Source: Sphagnum compactum
Taxonomy: Eukaryota
Assembly: GCA_965153455.1 (NCBI GenBank)
Contig: OZ234494.1
Location: forward strand, 310,001 to 374,000
Direction: 5' to 3'
DNA: 64,000 nt
The translations under genes were made by a program, and so were the position numbers. Under the pieces are notes generated by a model, which was given only the letters and a program-made list of their open reading frames with translations, was not told where the DNA came from and did no database searches. Of the stretch, positions 38,303-52,124 are shown piece after piece. The first letter of the stretch is position 1; each line of letters begins with the position of its first letter.

Positions 38303-41300
38303 GTTATTTTGGGGTGGGACAAAAAGTGGCAATCATGGGCATGGAAAAGCAACCAATCACTTGGAAATAATTGTCCATTGATGAATTCATTGGGTGGTCT
38401 TAGGTATACTATTTGAGTGAAAATAACATCAAACCCCATGTCATGTTTCTCATGATTCCAAAGCAAAAAAAATTCATTTGTGACAACACTCTTGCATGTG
38501 TGATCATTCTATATTTCATCCAACATTTCATCCAACATTTCTTTAGAAAATTGTGATCATATATATATATGAAAGGGACCGAAATGAATAGGTAGGTTTT
38601 TAGTTGTCTTTTGATGGTCATTTTGCACCATCTCAAGTAGGTTTAGGGTTCATGTGTAGGTAAGTGGCATTATGAAATGAAATTTTCATATAGAGATTTT
38701 CAATTTTGTTGGGCAATGCCCCTCTATTGCATTTGGATCCAACTTTTGGAAGTTTTACCTTATTAGAAGAACCGATTTCACATTAAGTGAACCGGTTTTT
38801 TGGGTGAAAGTGTTTAGACTGTTTAGATTGGAACGGATTTTTTTGGGTGTTCAGAGTGTGGACACAAGTAGGTAGATGTACAACATCTTATCTATAGAAT
38901 TTCTTACTTTTTCATTTTAAGAAATTAACCAAAAAAATAATTTATTTCTTTTGAAAAAGATAATTTAATTTTTATTTTTTTGGCAAGGGCCAAGCGTGTT
39001 TGTGATGCCTTTTTTTTATATAAAATCTTGGATACCTTTTCTTTTCAGGTTTAGCAACCCAATGTGGAATAATTATTTAATTTCTCAATATTTCACTTGG
39101 GTAGTAAAAAAAAAATAACAATTTATGGAATATTGGGTGTAGAGAGCTCTTGTCAATTATTGGATCCCTCCTGCTATATCTGCTTTTAAAAATTGGATTC
39201 CATGCCTTTTTTTCCGGTTTGGCACCCCAATGTCAAATGATTATTTTAGTTTTTGAAATTTTCATTTTCAGTAATAAAAATAAAAATAATAATGGAATTT
39301 TTTTGCATTTGTTATTGGCATTCAAAAATACCAAATAATAATTTATGGAACTTTTGATTTTTTTCTTTTCTCTTTTTGCCAAAAGTGGGGAGAGAGATAA
39401 GGTTTCATCAAATTATAGGGTAGATAAATCTTCTCAATTGTTAGATATCCCATGCTCTACAATGATGGAGGAACTTGAAAGCAAGATTTAACTCCTAGGG
39501 TTCCCACTTTCCACCAAGTTTTATTCTTTTTCCCACCCTCAATGTTGTCATGGATGCATGGCATGGCATGGCCATGTTGTTCCTCCTTCAGTTCTTCTCT
39601 CAATGATGATCATTTCAACTCAAGATTGATTACCTACTCTTTTCACCTTTATTTCCATAATGGACTTAATTTTTTTCACTGGAAAACTCACATTTTTCAG
39701 TTTTTTAAAAATTTAATTTAAAAATTTTATAAAAAAAATTTTTAAAAAAAAGGCGGGGGGAAATACAAGTGGTGTGGTAGAGAATGTAAGCACCACATAA
39801 AATTGGCCCAATTCCTGAAATTTTGACATCAAGGCTAGTAAATTCTTTAACATTCGATATTTCAAGTAGCCTTTTTTTATTTAAATTGAAATTTCCAGAA
39901 ATAATCTAATTATTACTGAACTTGAAAGGGTTTACAATAGTAACAAAATGGGCAAAATTTCATTTACCATAATATCTTGTAGTTTTGACTCATGTTTTGT
40001 TGAATAACTGATTTGTTTTGAAAGTTTTATTTCAAAAAATATATATTCTTTAAGGTTCAATATTTTTCTTTGCAAGCTTTTGTTATTTGATTAATTGCTT
40101 TAATAAATTTTCAACATTTCAAAAAATAATATAGTTAATGCAAAGTTGCCAAAGTTGTAAGCTAGTTGATAGCAACTCCATAACAACTTTTTTTGGGCAA
40201 TCTCCAATGTATGACCTAAGGTTGAATGAAGTATTGGGTTAGCCTCTATATATCATGCCAAAATCTTATAGGGTATTAAGCTTGTTAACCCATTGTCATA
40301 GGTTTCATCCAATGTAGGCTAGTATCACCCAATTGGTTTTCAAGTTGGCTTTTTAACTAAGAACTTGTGGGTATCACATAATTAGGTGATACCCAATTCA
40401 ATAACCACCTTGTTGATTGTTGATTTTCACCCAAGTGAAAATTGAAACCTAAAAGTTGGGCAAGAAACTAAGATTTTTGTTTTTTGTACCCCCAAAAAAC
40501 TATTAAATGTCTACTTAGGTTTGGTTTCCAAGGCTAAGGTGGTCTAGCGGGTAAATAAGGTAGGTAATTAAAAAAATTAAAATAAAGAACCCCACACAAG
40601 GATTGAACCCAAGACTTTTCAAGTTTTTATAATTCAACTTTTATTTCTAGATCACATACCATGTGTGAAAAGGCTTGTTGTAATTTCGTAATTTAAAATT
40701 TAATCATGCCAAGATCCCTTGTTTTGGAATGTGTAAATTTCAAATTAAAAAGTTATGAATTTATTTTACATATGAAAGCATTTGGTTGAATGGTTAAGTC
40801 ATTGTAACACCATTAAATTGTTTTGAGTTCAAAGTTCAAACCCAATGTGGGGAATGTTAACCTAAAGTTAATTTTCTACCTCTTACTTAAGAGATTAATT
40901 ATTTAAAGTGCATCTCCATAACTTTTATTATCAATAATAATTATCTTCACTTTTGGGGGATTAGGACCATTAGTATAGTTAACTTCTAATTTAGTTGGAC
41001 TTCTTGTAATGGTGTTTTTCTTTTTGGTATAGACTTGGGGAGGATTTAAAGGCGGGAAGGCCCTTTTTTTTTCCCTTGCTCTTTGGTCTTGGAATGTAAT
41101 TTTTCTTTGTTTTTTTCCCTCTCATTTTTTTTTTTTTTTTTTTCCTTCTTGGAGGGTAAACTTGGAGGGGGCTGTTTGTATTTTCTTTTCACTTGTAAGT
41201 TGTTCATTATTGGGAGGGAAATTGTTTCATTAAAAAGAGGGGGAAGAATTCCTCCTTTTGAATTTTTGTGGCCAAGTGGGCTTAATAAATACTAGTTGTG

Positions 41301-44300
41301 TTTCATTTTTTTTATGTTGATTTTGGATTCTATATGTATATTCTAATTGTACCTATTGATTAGGAAATAATTGATAGCTGTTGAAGCAAACTATTGTCAT
41401 GGAGGTATATATTTGTTGACATGTTGCACCATTCTAGAGGAATGTAGAAATTGCTACCCTAGCCATGATTTTTCTATTGTAGGGTAGAATTACTACCACT
41501 ATCAAAACTATTTTTTCTTGCTTTATTCACACATGGGCTACATAGCTTACTACCCTAATGATAATGTAAAGTTAGTAGATGGTAGATAGGTGGGAAAAGG
41601 TAATATTACCACTTAGTAGTAATTGGTTATTTTCTTCACCTTTGAATGTGTAATTTCTTTTGTCAAGTTATTTCACTAATAATATGTAAGTAAAGATAAA
41701 ATAATTTTTGTAGTTTTAATTTCTCCTTTCCTAGTATTATCATTGTGTTGAAGGTGATTATTGAGGACCTTGTTGGAGCTTATTTATAGGGAGCCTACAT
41801 GATACATTTAGGTTTTTTAAATATCTTTAATGTTGAGAACTAAGATGATATTTGCGGTTTTATCATTGATGAAATTCAACTTGTCGAAGAACCCCCAGAA
41901 AAATCAAATTTTTTTCATTTTTTTAATGGCCAAAATCTTGAAAATGACAAATTTTTCATGTTTGTTCTCATTTTTGTAATATTTTTGCCAAGTTGAAAAA
42001 TTTGCAAAAAAAACATATTGATGTAATCCATTTGAAGCATGCATCTTGCTAATTCCAAAAAAAGGTGAAATGGTTTCAAACATAGATTAAACTTAAATTG
42101 AACACCTATGTTCTAAATGCCCAAAATTCCTTGAGACATTTGATAATTTCAAAAATTCAAACAAAAAAAATATTAAAGTGCATATGTGATTGGGCCATGT
42201 GAACCCAATACCTTATAACCATTTTTTTAATCTTTCAAATCCCACAAATAATAAACAATTCAAAAATAATCTTTGAGTTTCAAATTAGGCTTTGGATATT
42301 TTAGATTCCTCAAAAATCATAACTCAAAGTAAGGAATGTGGAATGTGTGTTTGAGGGTGAAGATAAATTGATACTATTTTTCTCTTTTTGAAAAACAATT
42401 TAACTGAATTTCTAATTTTCATAATGTTTTGTTAAGTTTGAAGCATACCCTGAACTTGAATTCTTGGTTTTCCCCAAGTGTGGTCATGAATATAAAAGTA
42501 GGGCTAAACATTATTACATTAAAAAAATTCATCATAAAAAAATTTCCACTTGATCATCAACAATCATGATGTCAAAACAAGGACCGCATTGTTGATTATC
42601 ATGATGTTACATGTATAATGATATGTGGATGTGTGTGCAACACCTTTTAAATGTCTTTATACATGCAAAACATATATTTAGTTACAAATCTTGAAAAAAA
42701 TAGAAATGCAAGTCGTCAAGATGGGATCTTTTTTATGTGATTTACCCAATTTACATAGTCAATTTAATTAAATATACATTTATAACATTAAAAAATTTAG
42801 GAAATATTTTTACATAGATACCAAATATTTCTATAAATTGATAATGATCATTCTTATATATTGTACCTTTACAATACATTTTATGAGATGTGAATATTTC
42901 ATTCCATGTTTCATTAAAATTTGGACGAAATTAAAAAAATTAATTGTAATCAAAGTGGCGAACCACCTAGTGATTGGAGACCAATTGTTATTGACATAGT
43001 GAATACACCAAGTTGAATATAAATTTACATTTATATACTATCAATTTTATTTATAATATTTATTTTATTTTGATAAATATTTCCCATAATTTTAAGTGAT
43101 AATGTTTATGCTTTTCTTTTTTTCACCCTAAAAATCATATTTGTTGATAGAAAAAACATACGTACATGGCATATGTTAGTAGCAAGAATGAACAATGGTT
43201 TCCATGGCCACAAGGCAATGGTTTTACCAATCAATCATCACATGACTTTGTAATACAATGTGTCAAAATAATATGTTTTCATAACTTGATTTATCAATAT
43301 ACCTACCTACCCACCTATACTTATGAACACCTATCTATATGAATACCTCTCTAATTACTTATAACATCATTAAACCTATCTACCTACCCAACTGCTTACT
43401 CACAACCTTTTATTTATAAATAGGCCTTTCTAAACTAAACTTTTACAAGTTTTACTTTGGTTATGCAAAATGGTCTATAACTAACATAAATAAAAGGTAG
43501 ATATTAATATTCCCCCCATTTTAACCAATTTTTCAAACTAAAAATACGAAATATATTTGTATGAAAAATATTCTACATAATGAATATTAAATAATACAAA
43601 AAATAAACTTGGATATATTATTTCAACTATAAATGAACAAGATAGTTATATAATGACATAGTCTTAACCAAAGGCATATATTGGCACTATTTAAGGTAGG
43701 GTGAACAAAGTTCTTTTTTAATGCATTGGGTAATGAATTCAATTAGTGAATTGCACTTACATAGTTTCTTAGTAGTTATCTTACAACAATCTAGTGATGA
43801 CGATAGTTAAAGTTGGTATATGTGACTTTAAGTATAATAAAGTCCAATGGTATGGTTGTCAACTTGACAATTATGAAACATTCCATATGGAATTCCAAGT
43901 TTAATTACCTCCTTTCACCAATCCACCTATATGACATGAAAAGGAAAATTAACATGTGTATTTTTCATAATTTGGTTGAATTCCATTCCAACCAATTCAT
44001 TTCAATTGAATTTGAATTAAAATTAAAATTGATTTGAACTCATTTGATTTTGAATGGAATTTGAATGCAATGTCATTCCATATTTTCATTCAAATAGTAC
44101 TTAATTTTCACATAATTAAAACAAATCCCATTATTTCATTGTCATTGGTAGTATGTAACAATTGATGCTAACCACTTGTAATTTGGCTTAAGGCTCAATT
44201 GATAAGTGGATATGTGATTATTGACCAATCCCTAACCTTTCCAAGCTATTTTGTTTTACATATTGATTTTTTTCCAAAAGATGATACATGTGTTTTAAAA

Positions 44301-45712
44301 TCCATTGCAACTAGGTCCAAATTGCAAATATTACAATATGTAAAAATTGTATAACACTTTACAAAGGAAAACCTTTAAACATTATCATTTGCATCATAGA
44401 AATAATAAAGGAATTTGATGTGAGTTAAACAAAATAATAACCCACACCAATTTTGTGCAAATTCCTTATTTGTTTAACATAGTGGGGTCCATCCCTTCGA
44501 TCCCTTCAACATTATTGGTGGGGCCTATTTTGTGGATGCCTTATTCAACTTCACAAGAATTAATAGTTCATGGCAAATTATGTCATTTCTTTAATCATAA
44601 TTTAATCCAACAACACATTATATCCCTTCCATCATAATGTTTGTCGAAACCCTTTCCTAATAATGAATTATCTCTAAAAACCCTTTCACTAATTCAAATT
44701 GGATTATCACAAAGGTGTAGTCACAATAAAATGAGCAAAAAGGATGTTAGATAATGGAAAAATAATTAATATTGGAGAAATAATTATGTTTTACCATTTA
44801 AACCATGGCAATTGTGGCAAGTTGTTTCATTATCATTCATATGAATGTCAAAAAATTCACACCAAAAATCCATTTGATAAAAAATTTAGTTTAAATTTCA
44901 ATTTAGGACCCTTGAAAATGAACATCTATTGCATTAAAAGGAATCAATTTTGCAAAGGACTATCAAAAGGACTTATATAATAAAAAATAATTGATGTAAT
45001 AAAAATAAAAAGATAAAACCTATCAGCCACATTCAAAAAACACTTATATTTTGAAATATGTGAAAATCTAAAAAATTTTAAGAACTTTCCAAAATTGATC
45101 CAAAATTTTAAAACTTCAAAAGTCCTTTATCACATATAAATGGAGTATAATGTACAAGATGAGTTAAGAAAAGTTGTATTTTATTATATAGAAAACATGA
45201 AAATTTTAAAAATAAAATTTTGGTTATGATTTGAAATTGTTATTGTTTTTGAAGACAAAACACTAAATTTACAAGGAATCAAGACATTTTCAAAAATTAA
45301 TTTTTATTCCAAAATAATTTTAAAAAAAACATGTCACGCTACTTGAAACACAAGCCCACATCACAAAAATAAGCTTGAAAAAATATTTTTATTTAAAAAA
45401 ACTTACTAAAAGATTGCTTTTACAATGTGAAATTTGAAAATTAATGCACATTAGTGAAAAGATACATTTTTTTTTATCATTTTACTAAAAACATTAATGT
45501 TCCATAGTTTTATGATGGATTTTTTCACTACTTCACATCCATTTGCATCCAAGTTTATCTTTTTTACATACTATGAACAATGGTGGGAAAAAATGTATCA
45601 AATCACATTGTTGAATTTAGAAATTTTGACATTTTGATATTGATTATTTAATATATGACCTTATTTTAAACAAGTGCCAATGGGTTTAATGCAAAAGGAA
45701 ATCAAAGTAGAT

Positions 45713-45960
45713 CAATGTTTATTTACGAGTGAATTTTCACCACTTCGCCTCAAGAGAAAAAAAAATGATTCATAAAACTTGGATCTTTGTGGAAAAAAGT
45801 GCCAAAATTGCAAGATTTCAAGGGAGGAATTTATGGAAATTGCCATATTTAAACAATATGTTCCAATACGTTGTTTTATATATATTTAAGATTTATTTTT
45901 CTTTCATGAATTGTAGCCAAATTTGTTTAATTTCTTGGGCTGATCAGAACCAATGTAGCA
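45713..45960 (-). mobile_element. Second, more decayed copy of the 32085-33131 repeat family
   Basis: gaaaaaagtgccaaaattgcaagatt..gaaattgccatatttaaacaatatgttc and tgtagccaaattt match the reverse complement of 32965-33040 and 32163-32178. Confidence 0.65.
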
Positions 45961-48851
45961 ATGTCAAAAAATTGGAATTGTTTTTGGATGTAGATGTTGA
46001 ATATTCTAATTAACCAATTATAATGGGGGTGTCATATCAATTAATCAATGAAATTCAATGAATATATGGTAATTATTCCTTGATGAAAGATTAGTCAATC
46101 ATGTTGCCTTATCATGGCAATCAAAGTGATCACTTTCAAATGCAAATGATAGTTATTTCATATGAATAGGGGACAAGTGTTGTTGATTACATTTACTTAA
46201 TGAACTATGTGTTTCATTACCTCTTCATTATTATTATTTTCAATACTTCAGAATATAAATTTTTGTTATGCAAATTTAATTATGTATGTTTGAATGGTAT
46301 CTCATGGGAATATGTATTTTATTTCAAAGATGTATGAACATAATATTTTCATTTGAAACCTTGGTTATACATTAGAAAATTGTTGGAATTTGCAACAATT
46401 TGAATAAGTTATGAAGTTATTTTACATTTTATGCAAGTGTTTTTTGTTTGTCAATTTTTAAAATTGGGATATTGATTTTTAATTATTGCAAGTTATTTAT
46501 TTATTTTGAAAATCCTTGTCGAATGGAAACACCATTAAATTTAATTATTTTATGTTTATGACAATAATGATTCCAAACAAGGACAAATCCTTCCCTCTTC
46601 CTCTCCTCCCTCTTTCTACCTCTCTTATGTTCCCGTATGGTTTTCAATAGTTCCTCATTATTTATGTCAAAGTTTCAAATCGCAGTTTTTTTGTGTCCAT
46701 CTAAATGTGTAGAAAAAATAATTAAGAAGATAGACTTGGAAGAGGTTGGTTATTAAATAATTCCAATGACAATGTTTCATTGGAACTAGTTTATGTACGA
46801 TGGGTATTTTGGTGATCATCACTATGACAATTTCAGAGTCATTCTAGATTATAATTTGTCATAGATCAAATTTCATTCTAGAAATGTTTCTTATTGTTTA
46901 TCTTGCACCCTTTCAATGTTCCTTTTTTTTTTGGTCTATTTGTATGTTGTTGTGAACTTATTTAATAAATTAGACTTTCATTGACATTTTGCCTACTGCA
47001 AATCAAAAATGAAAACATATTAATGGAACAAAATGACAAATAGTGAAATTTGTAAAATTTTATCTTTTGAAAAAACAAATTTGATTACAACAAAATTATT
47101 ATGTTCACAAAAAAAATTTAATCACTGTCATTAGTAGTGCGAAATAGTGTGGAGCCCAAATATTATAAATATTATGAAAATGCATATGAATTTGTCTTTT
47201 CAAATTCATGTAAGTGGGTAAGGATTATTTGGATGTGGGCACACATAGTCATCACTTTTTTGAATTAAATTTCCATTGAAGTATTGGTATTATTTTTTAA
47301 TTGGTTTTGTAATTCTATATTTATGATGTGTGAGAATCTTGATACAATAATAATAACAATAAATAATAACTAAATGTTTGAAGGTTGTGTGAAATGGCAA
47401 TTGTGGGTAATATGGTATTTATGTTGAATATTTATAATCACATAATATGTAACATAAGAAATAAGGAAAGTTGAAAAATTAAACAATGGTAAATGAGTAT
47501 CTTGGGAAATTTTTTATGTATCAATTGATTTTGATATTTTGAAATTCTGGAAAGGGCCCAATGGATTTGGCAATGATCCACATAAGACAATTGAAAATGG
47601 TTCCCATGTGTTAACTAGCTTTGAATCTATGGACTTTTATATGGCAATAATGCCCACATTTCTATTAAAATACATTAATGAGACATTTAGTTTGCCCATT
47701 AAATGTGATTGAATTGAAATTCCTTTAAATTGTGATCATCATAATTTGAGCTTCACTCAATGGCTTCTCAATATAAAGAAAAATGAAAATGCAATACTTA
47801 TGATTATGTTGTTATTCATTTTTTTAATTCAAAGGATTCATGTATTTTGGTGATAAAAATATCAAATATCTTTTCAATGGAAAAAAGTAAAGGAAATATT
47901 AAATGTGATATAATATATATATTTCAACAAAAACCTATTTTTCAAGCTACATGAAATTGAATGGCTTTTACATAAATAAATGGGGTCATTTAGTTAGTAG
48001 GTTAAACAAGATCAATTGAGTCTCCAATAAGTGATAATTGAAAAAAATATGTACATGTTTTAATTTAGTTTTTTATATTTGAAAGCACCTCTCCTAGTAA
48101 AATTTCCCATTTTCAATTTCAAGAATCTTACAAGACACTTTTGTAAGAATCTTAAATTTGAAAATATCTTTACATTTGAGAAAGGGGAAAGAACTAGTCT
48201 TTTTTGTAGGAGAAATTGTCACAAGGTGACATTAATTTTCGTTGTGGCAAAAAAATAAATCAAATTAAAAATTCTCCATATTTTGCCCTTTATTTCTTAT
48301 CTGGGGATGTGTGCATTGCATCTATGCTTACTTGCTAATGTGTTAATTGTCTTGTACAAAAGTGTCGACAATTAAGTTAAAATATGTCTAGGGATGTTTG
48401 CCATTGTTGCTACACTAAAATGTTGGGTAACATTGAAACCCAATGAAACTCTTATTAAATTTGAGGGCCAAACCAAGGGTGATTTGAATCCAAAAACCCT
48501 CTCAATGGGGTTCTTTGTTTCATACATTAACTTGTTAAATTAAACTCCATAAAATTAATTTTCCCCATATATTCAATGTTTGGTTTGAAAAAAAAGACTT
48601 CGTTAAATTTCTTTGATATAAAGGATGACATTATTTAAATTTTTTTTAAAAAAATAATTTATTTTTAATGACCATGTATTAACCCTCCTTGACCATGAAG
48701 GTTATTTCATAAATTTTCAAGCAACAAAGCAGAAACTATTGAATTCAAAATGATTTTTATCATTGGAAATTAATTAAAATTTACAAAATTATTTTTTGAA
48801 ACTAATCAATGCCTTTTCATCATATTGACAATTGAGTTCACATTTGTCTAT

Positions 48852-49150
48852 AATGTCACATGAAAAAATGCATTTGCCTCTTCATGTCATATAAAAAAAT
48901 GCATGGAAAATCTCCCATGGGTGATCCTATGAACCATCCTCCCATTTAACCATCTCAGCTTATCAATTTGACTTTTCATGTTGCATGAAGAAATGCATTT
49001 GCCTTTTCATTTCATGGGAAAATGCATGTGAGTCTCTTATTGATTATTATTATATTAGCCATCCTCCTATTTAGCCATATTAACCAAGCAACACCTTTGC
49101 ATGTCACATAAAACATTACATTTGCGATTTCATCTCACGAGGAATCTCTC
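48852..49150. repeat. Degenerate ~124-bp tandem repeat (about 2.5 copies) with internal ~30-bp subrepeat
   Basis: atgtYRcatRaa..catttgc..ttcat recurs at ~48853, ~48978, ~49101. Confidence 0.7.
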
Positions 49151-50590
49151 ATATTTGCCATTTCATTATTAGCCCTTCTATTTGACATTTCACATCTCAA
49201 ACCTTAACATTTGAAGTCAATAACATTTGGATTCACATTTGAACCAAATAAGATTTTTTCATAATTGAACTTATTTTTAAAAATCCCATTTGGGGAAATA
49301 TCATAAGGGTTCAATTCGGCACATGGTGCAATAAGACCAACGTCACAATAACGACCCTAAACTTCATGTGGAAGGTTCCAAATTTTGAAGATATTAATTC
49401 CGGTGACAATGGTAACATTGGATCTAGTATAGTTTCATTTGAATGACAATTCACACCAACTTGAACTCAACATTTGTGAAACTTAATTTTCACAAAATCA
49501 ATTCAAATTTTCATGATTTCATTTTCACTTGTAGCGGGGAGCACAACTACTTATAGAACCAATGTCACAATGTTGACATCACCTTCATATGGTTCCATAC
49601 GCAAGGGGGGTTTATTATGATTTTGAAGGTGCTTCTTCTTATTTCTCACCATAAGCCATAAAATTTTATCCAAGTTATCACATAAGAAAAAAACCTTCAA
49701 AGGAGAAAAAAGGGCATTTGGGATTCAAGTTAGAGCCCAAAGCCATTAGCTATCGCCCCCATTATTTGGGGAACTTAGGGTAAAATACCTTACCCAACAC
49801 TTCTTACTACATATGTAAAAATTTGGTAGAATTGTTTTTTAGTGTATGAGTGTAATGCCCTTGCCAAAAGGGCAAGGTACCAAACTAAGCAAAATATTCC
49901 ATCATTTTAATTTGGAGGTATGTTCTCATGTGGTTTTTAATAATCGATCACTATTTATATCAAATTATTCATGACCAGGTAAAAATGCAAGGGAAAAAGT
50001 TTGAGAAAATAGGATTGAAAAAGGCAAGTTATTGTAATATTTTAATTCCAATGATGTAGAAATTGGTTTATATGGGGTTCTTTGCAAAAAGTTTTGTACA
50101 TCGCTTCTACATGATCATTCTAGTCGTATGGTTGTCTTTATCCCTAAGCCATTTCAAAGATAATTAAAGAATAACTACCTCATTTGCAAGCTTAACTATT
50201 TTATAACTTTTTTTTGTCTTGTTAAGTTTCATAATAACTATCTCCCACCTTTCCTAATAACTACCTCTATATTAATTATCTCATTTTTTTTCCCTCTCCA
50301 CCAATATGGATATAAAAAAAAATTAATATATGTCTTTTCGTGCCCACAAAATGTATATTAATTTAAATTAAATTTGACATTGACATAAATATATGAAGAC
50401 ATAAGAAAAAAATAAAAATAGTTGATCGTAGCTGATAGTGTGTAACATTGTGGAGCTCAAATACACATAAGGTGAACTTGAAAAGATATATGTTAATTTG
50501 TCTTTTTGTATTCATGTAACTCAATAGGATAAAAGATCGAGGTAGTTAGACTTGGAAGAGATAGGTATGAACAACACAACAAACAACAAT

Positions 50591-50918
50591 AATTTTTATT
50601 GGCCTTGCCTATCAAGGCAAGAATATTGTGTTTAGATTCATTATAGAGTAATAGTAGTTTAAGGGATTTTGGCCCATACTAGGTAATAATATTAGGTCTA
50701 TTTTTTATATGAGGATTTTTGAAATATGATATTTTGGCTTGTGTTGAAACTTGAGATTATTTATAGAGTGATAATCATTTCAAGGATTTTGGTCTCTTTT
50801 AGAGGATTTTTTGAGGATTATATTTTTGCATGCTGAAATATTTGAGTTTCAAAAAAATTTCTTTTGCCTTAAGATACTTTTAAATTGTAAATGGCAAGGC
50901 TACGGTGTGACACATCCC
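50591..50918 (+). mobile_element. ~325-bp dispersed repeat, copy 2 (Helentron/HINE-like architecture)
   Basis: Reverse complement of 14837-15162; subterminal IR TGGCCTTGCC/GGCAAGGCTA; family assignment is inference. Confidence 0.8.
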
Positions 50919-51451
50919 TTGTTAAATAGATGTTGAGGGCACCTTACCTTGGGGAAATTTTTTTAGCGGAGGAGATACTTTACATGTAATGTTCCTAGTT
51001 TCTTTCCATGTGAAAAGCTCTTGACCATTTATTTAAAACACCATGAAAAGCAAGTTTTATAAAACCAAATTGCTCTTCCCTTTCCGAAGAGGGAGTTGTG
51101 GTTTTTTCAACAAGAAGTATACTCTTTCCTAAGAGATTAGGTATGTGTCTTTTGTTGGGCATTCATTGAGCATTTCACAAGCCTTCAATGGCGAGCATCT
51201 CACAAACCTTCAATGGCGAGCTTCACACCCTCATTGAGACATCTCCGAAATAACAACAAGCCCTTGACCTCGGGCCTTGGGGGCTCGTTATTTCAAGAAT
51301 GCCCTAACCCTAAGGTGTTACCTTTCATTTAAGATTCCTTGAAAAGACAAAGGAGGAAGCTTGTGCTAAAGGGTGCCTCCTCCTCCTCCTCTTGTTCTCA
51401 AACAAAAATCAACCATTTAAAATTCTACCAAAATGTTTATGCAAGTTTTAA

Positions 51452-51667
51452 GGTGCATTCACACCTAATGTTAAGTCGGTGTTAAGTGAAAATCTAGGTG
51501 GCATCTTAGGTGGCACCCAACGTTAAATTGGTGATTGTTTAATATTAAGTGAATGTTAGCTTAACATAACAATCTTCGAGGTAAATAGGTTTAGGTTCTA
51601 AATGACTAGCTTGGTGTTAGGGGGTACTTAATACTAGAAGTCCTTAAACACCAAGTGTGAAAGCACC
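51452..51667. mobile_element. MITE (216 bp) flanked by TTAA
   Basis: TIR GGTGCWTTCACAC (12/13, extends imperfectly); TTAA at 51448-51451 and 51668-51671. Confidence 0.85.
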
Positions 51668-51827
51668 TTAAGGACCTTGAACATGGCAATTTGGGGAAAT
51701 TCATTTTTGCTAACAACCTACAAGTTAGCATAAGGTTAGTTGCCTCTCATTGGCTCAATGGTAATGGAACTACTCCCTACATGGACGAAAAGGGGCACCT
51801 CAATCGGAACTACTCCCTAACATGGAT

Positions 51828-52124
51828 CCCTAGGGTTGTTCTCGCGGGGATGACCCTAGGGATTTCCCGGGTTGCATAAAACCCTAGGGTTGTTCTCGTG
51901 GGGATAACCCTAGGGATTTCCGGGGTACATAAAACCCTAGGGATGTTCTCGTTGGGATGACCCTAGGGATGTTCTCGTGGGGATGACCCTAGGGATTTCC
52001 CGGGTGCATAAAACCCTAGGGATGTTCTCGTGGGGATGACCCTAGGGATTTCCGGGTGCATAAAACCCTAGGGTTGTTCTCATGGGGATGACCCTAGGGA
52101 TTTCTTGGGTGCATAACACCCTAG
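51828..52124. repeat. Higher-order tandem array of 26/27-bp subunits, each starting CCCTAGGG, in the presumed UBP12 promoter
   Basis: CCCTAG(GG) at 51828, 51854, 51882, 51908, 51935, 51961, 51987, 52014, 52040, 52066, 52092, 52119. Confidence 0.95.

Noticed and set aside
37700..50500. Short ORFs in the AT-rich desert
   Set aside because: Composition-driven, with no domain motifs or consistent splice structure
51828..52124. CRISPR array or true telomere
   Set aside because: The segments between palindromes are two recurring subunits, not unique spacers; no (TTTAGGG)n run
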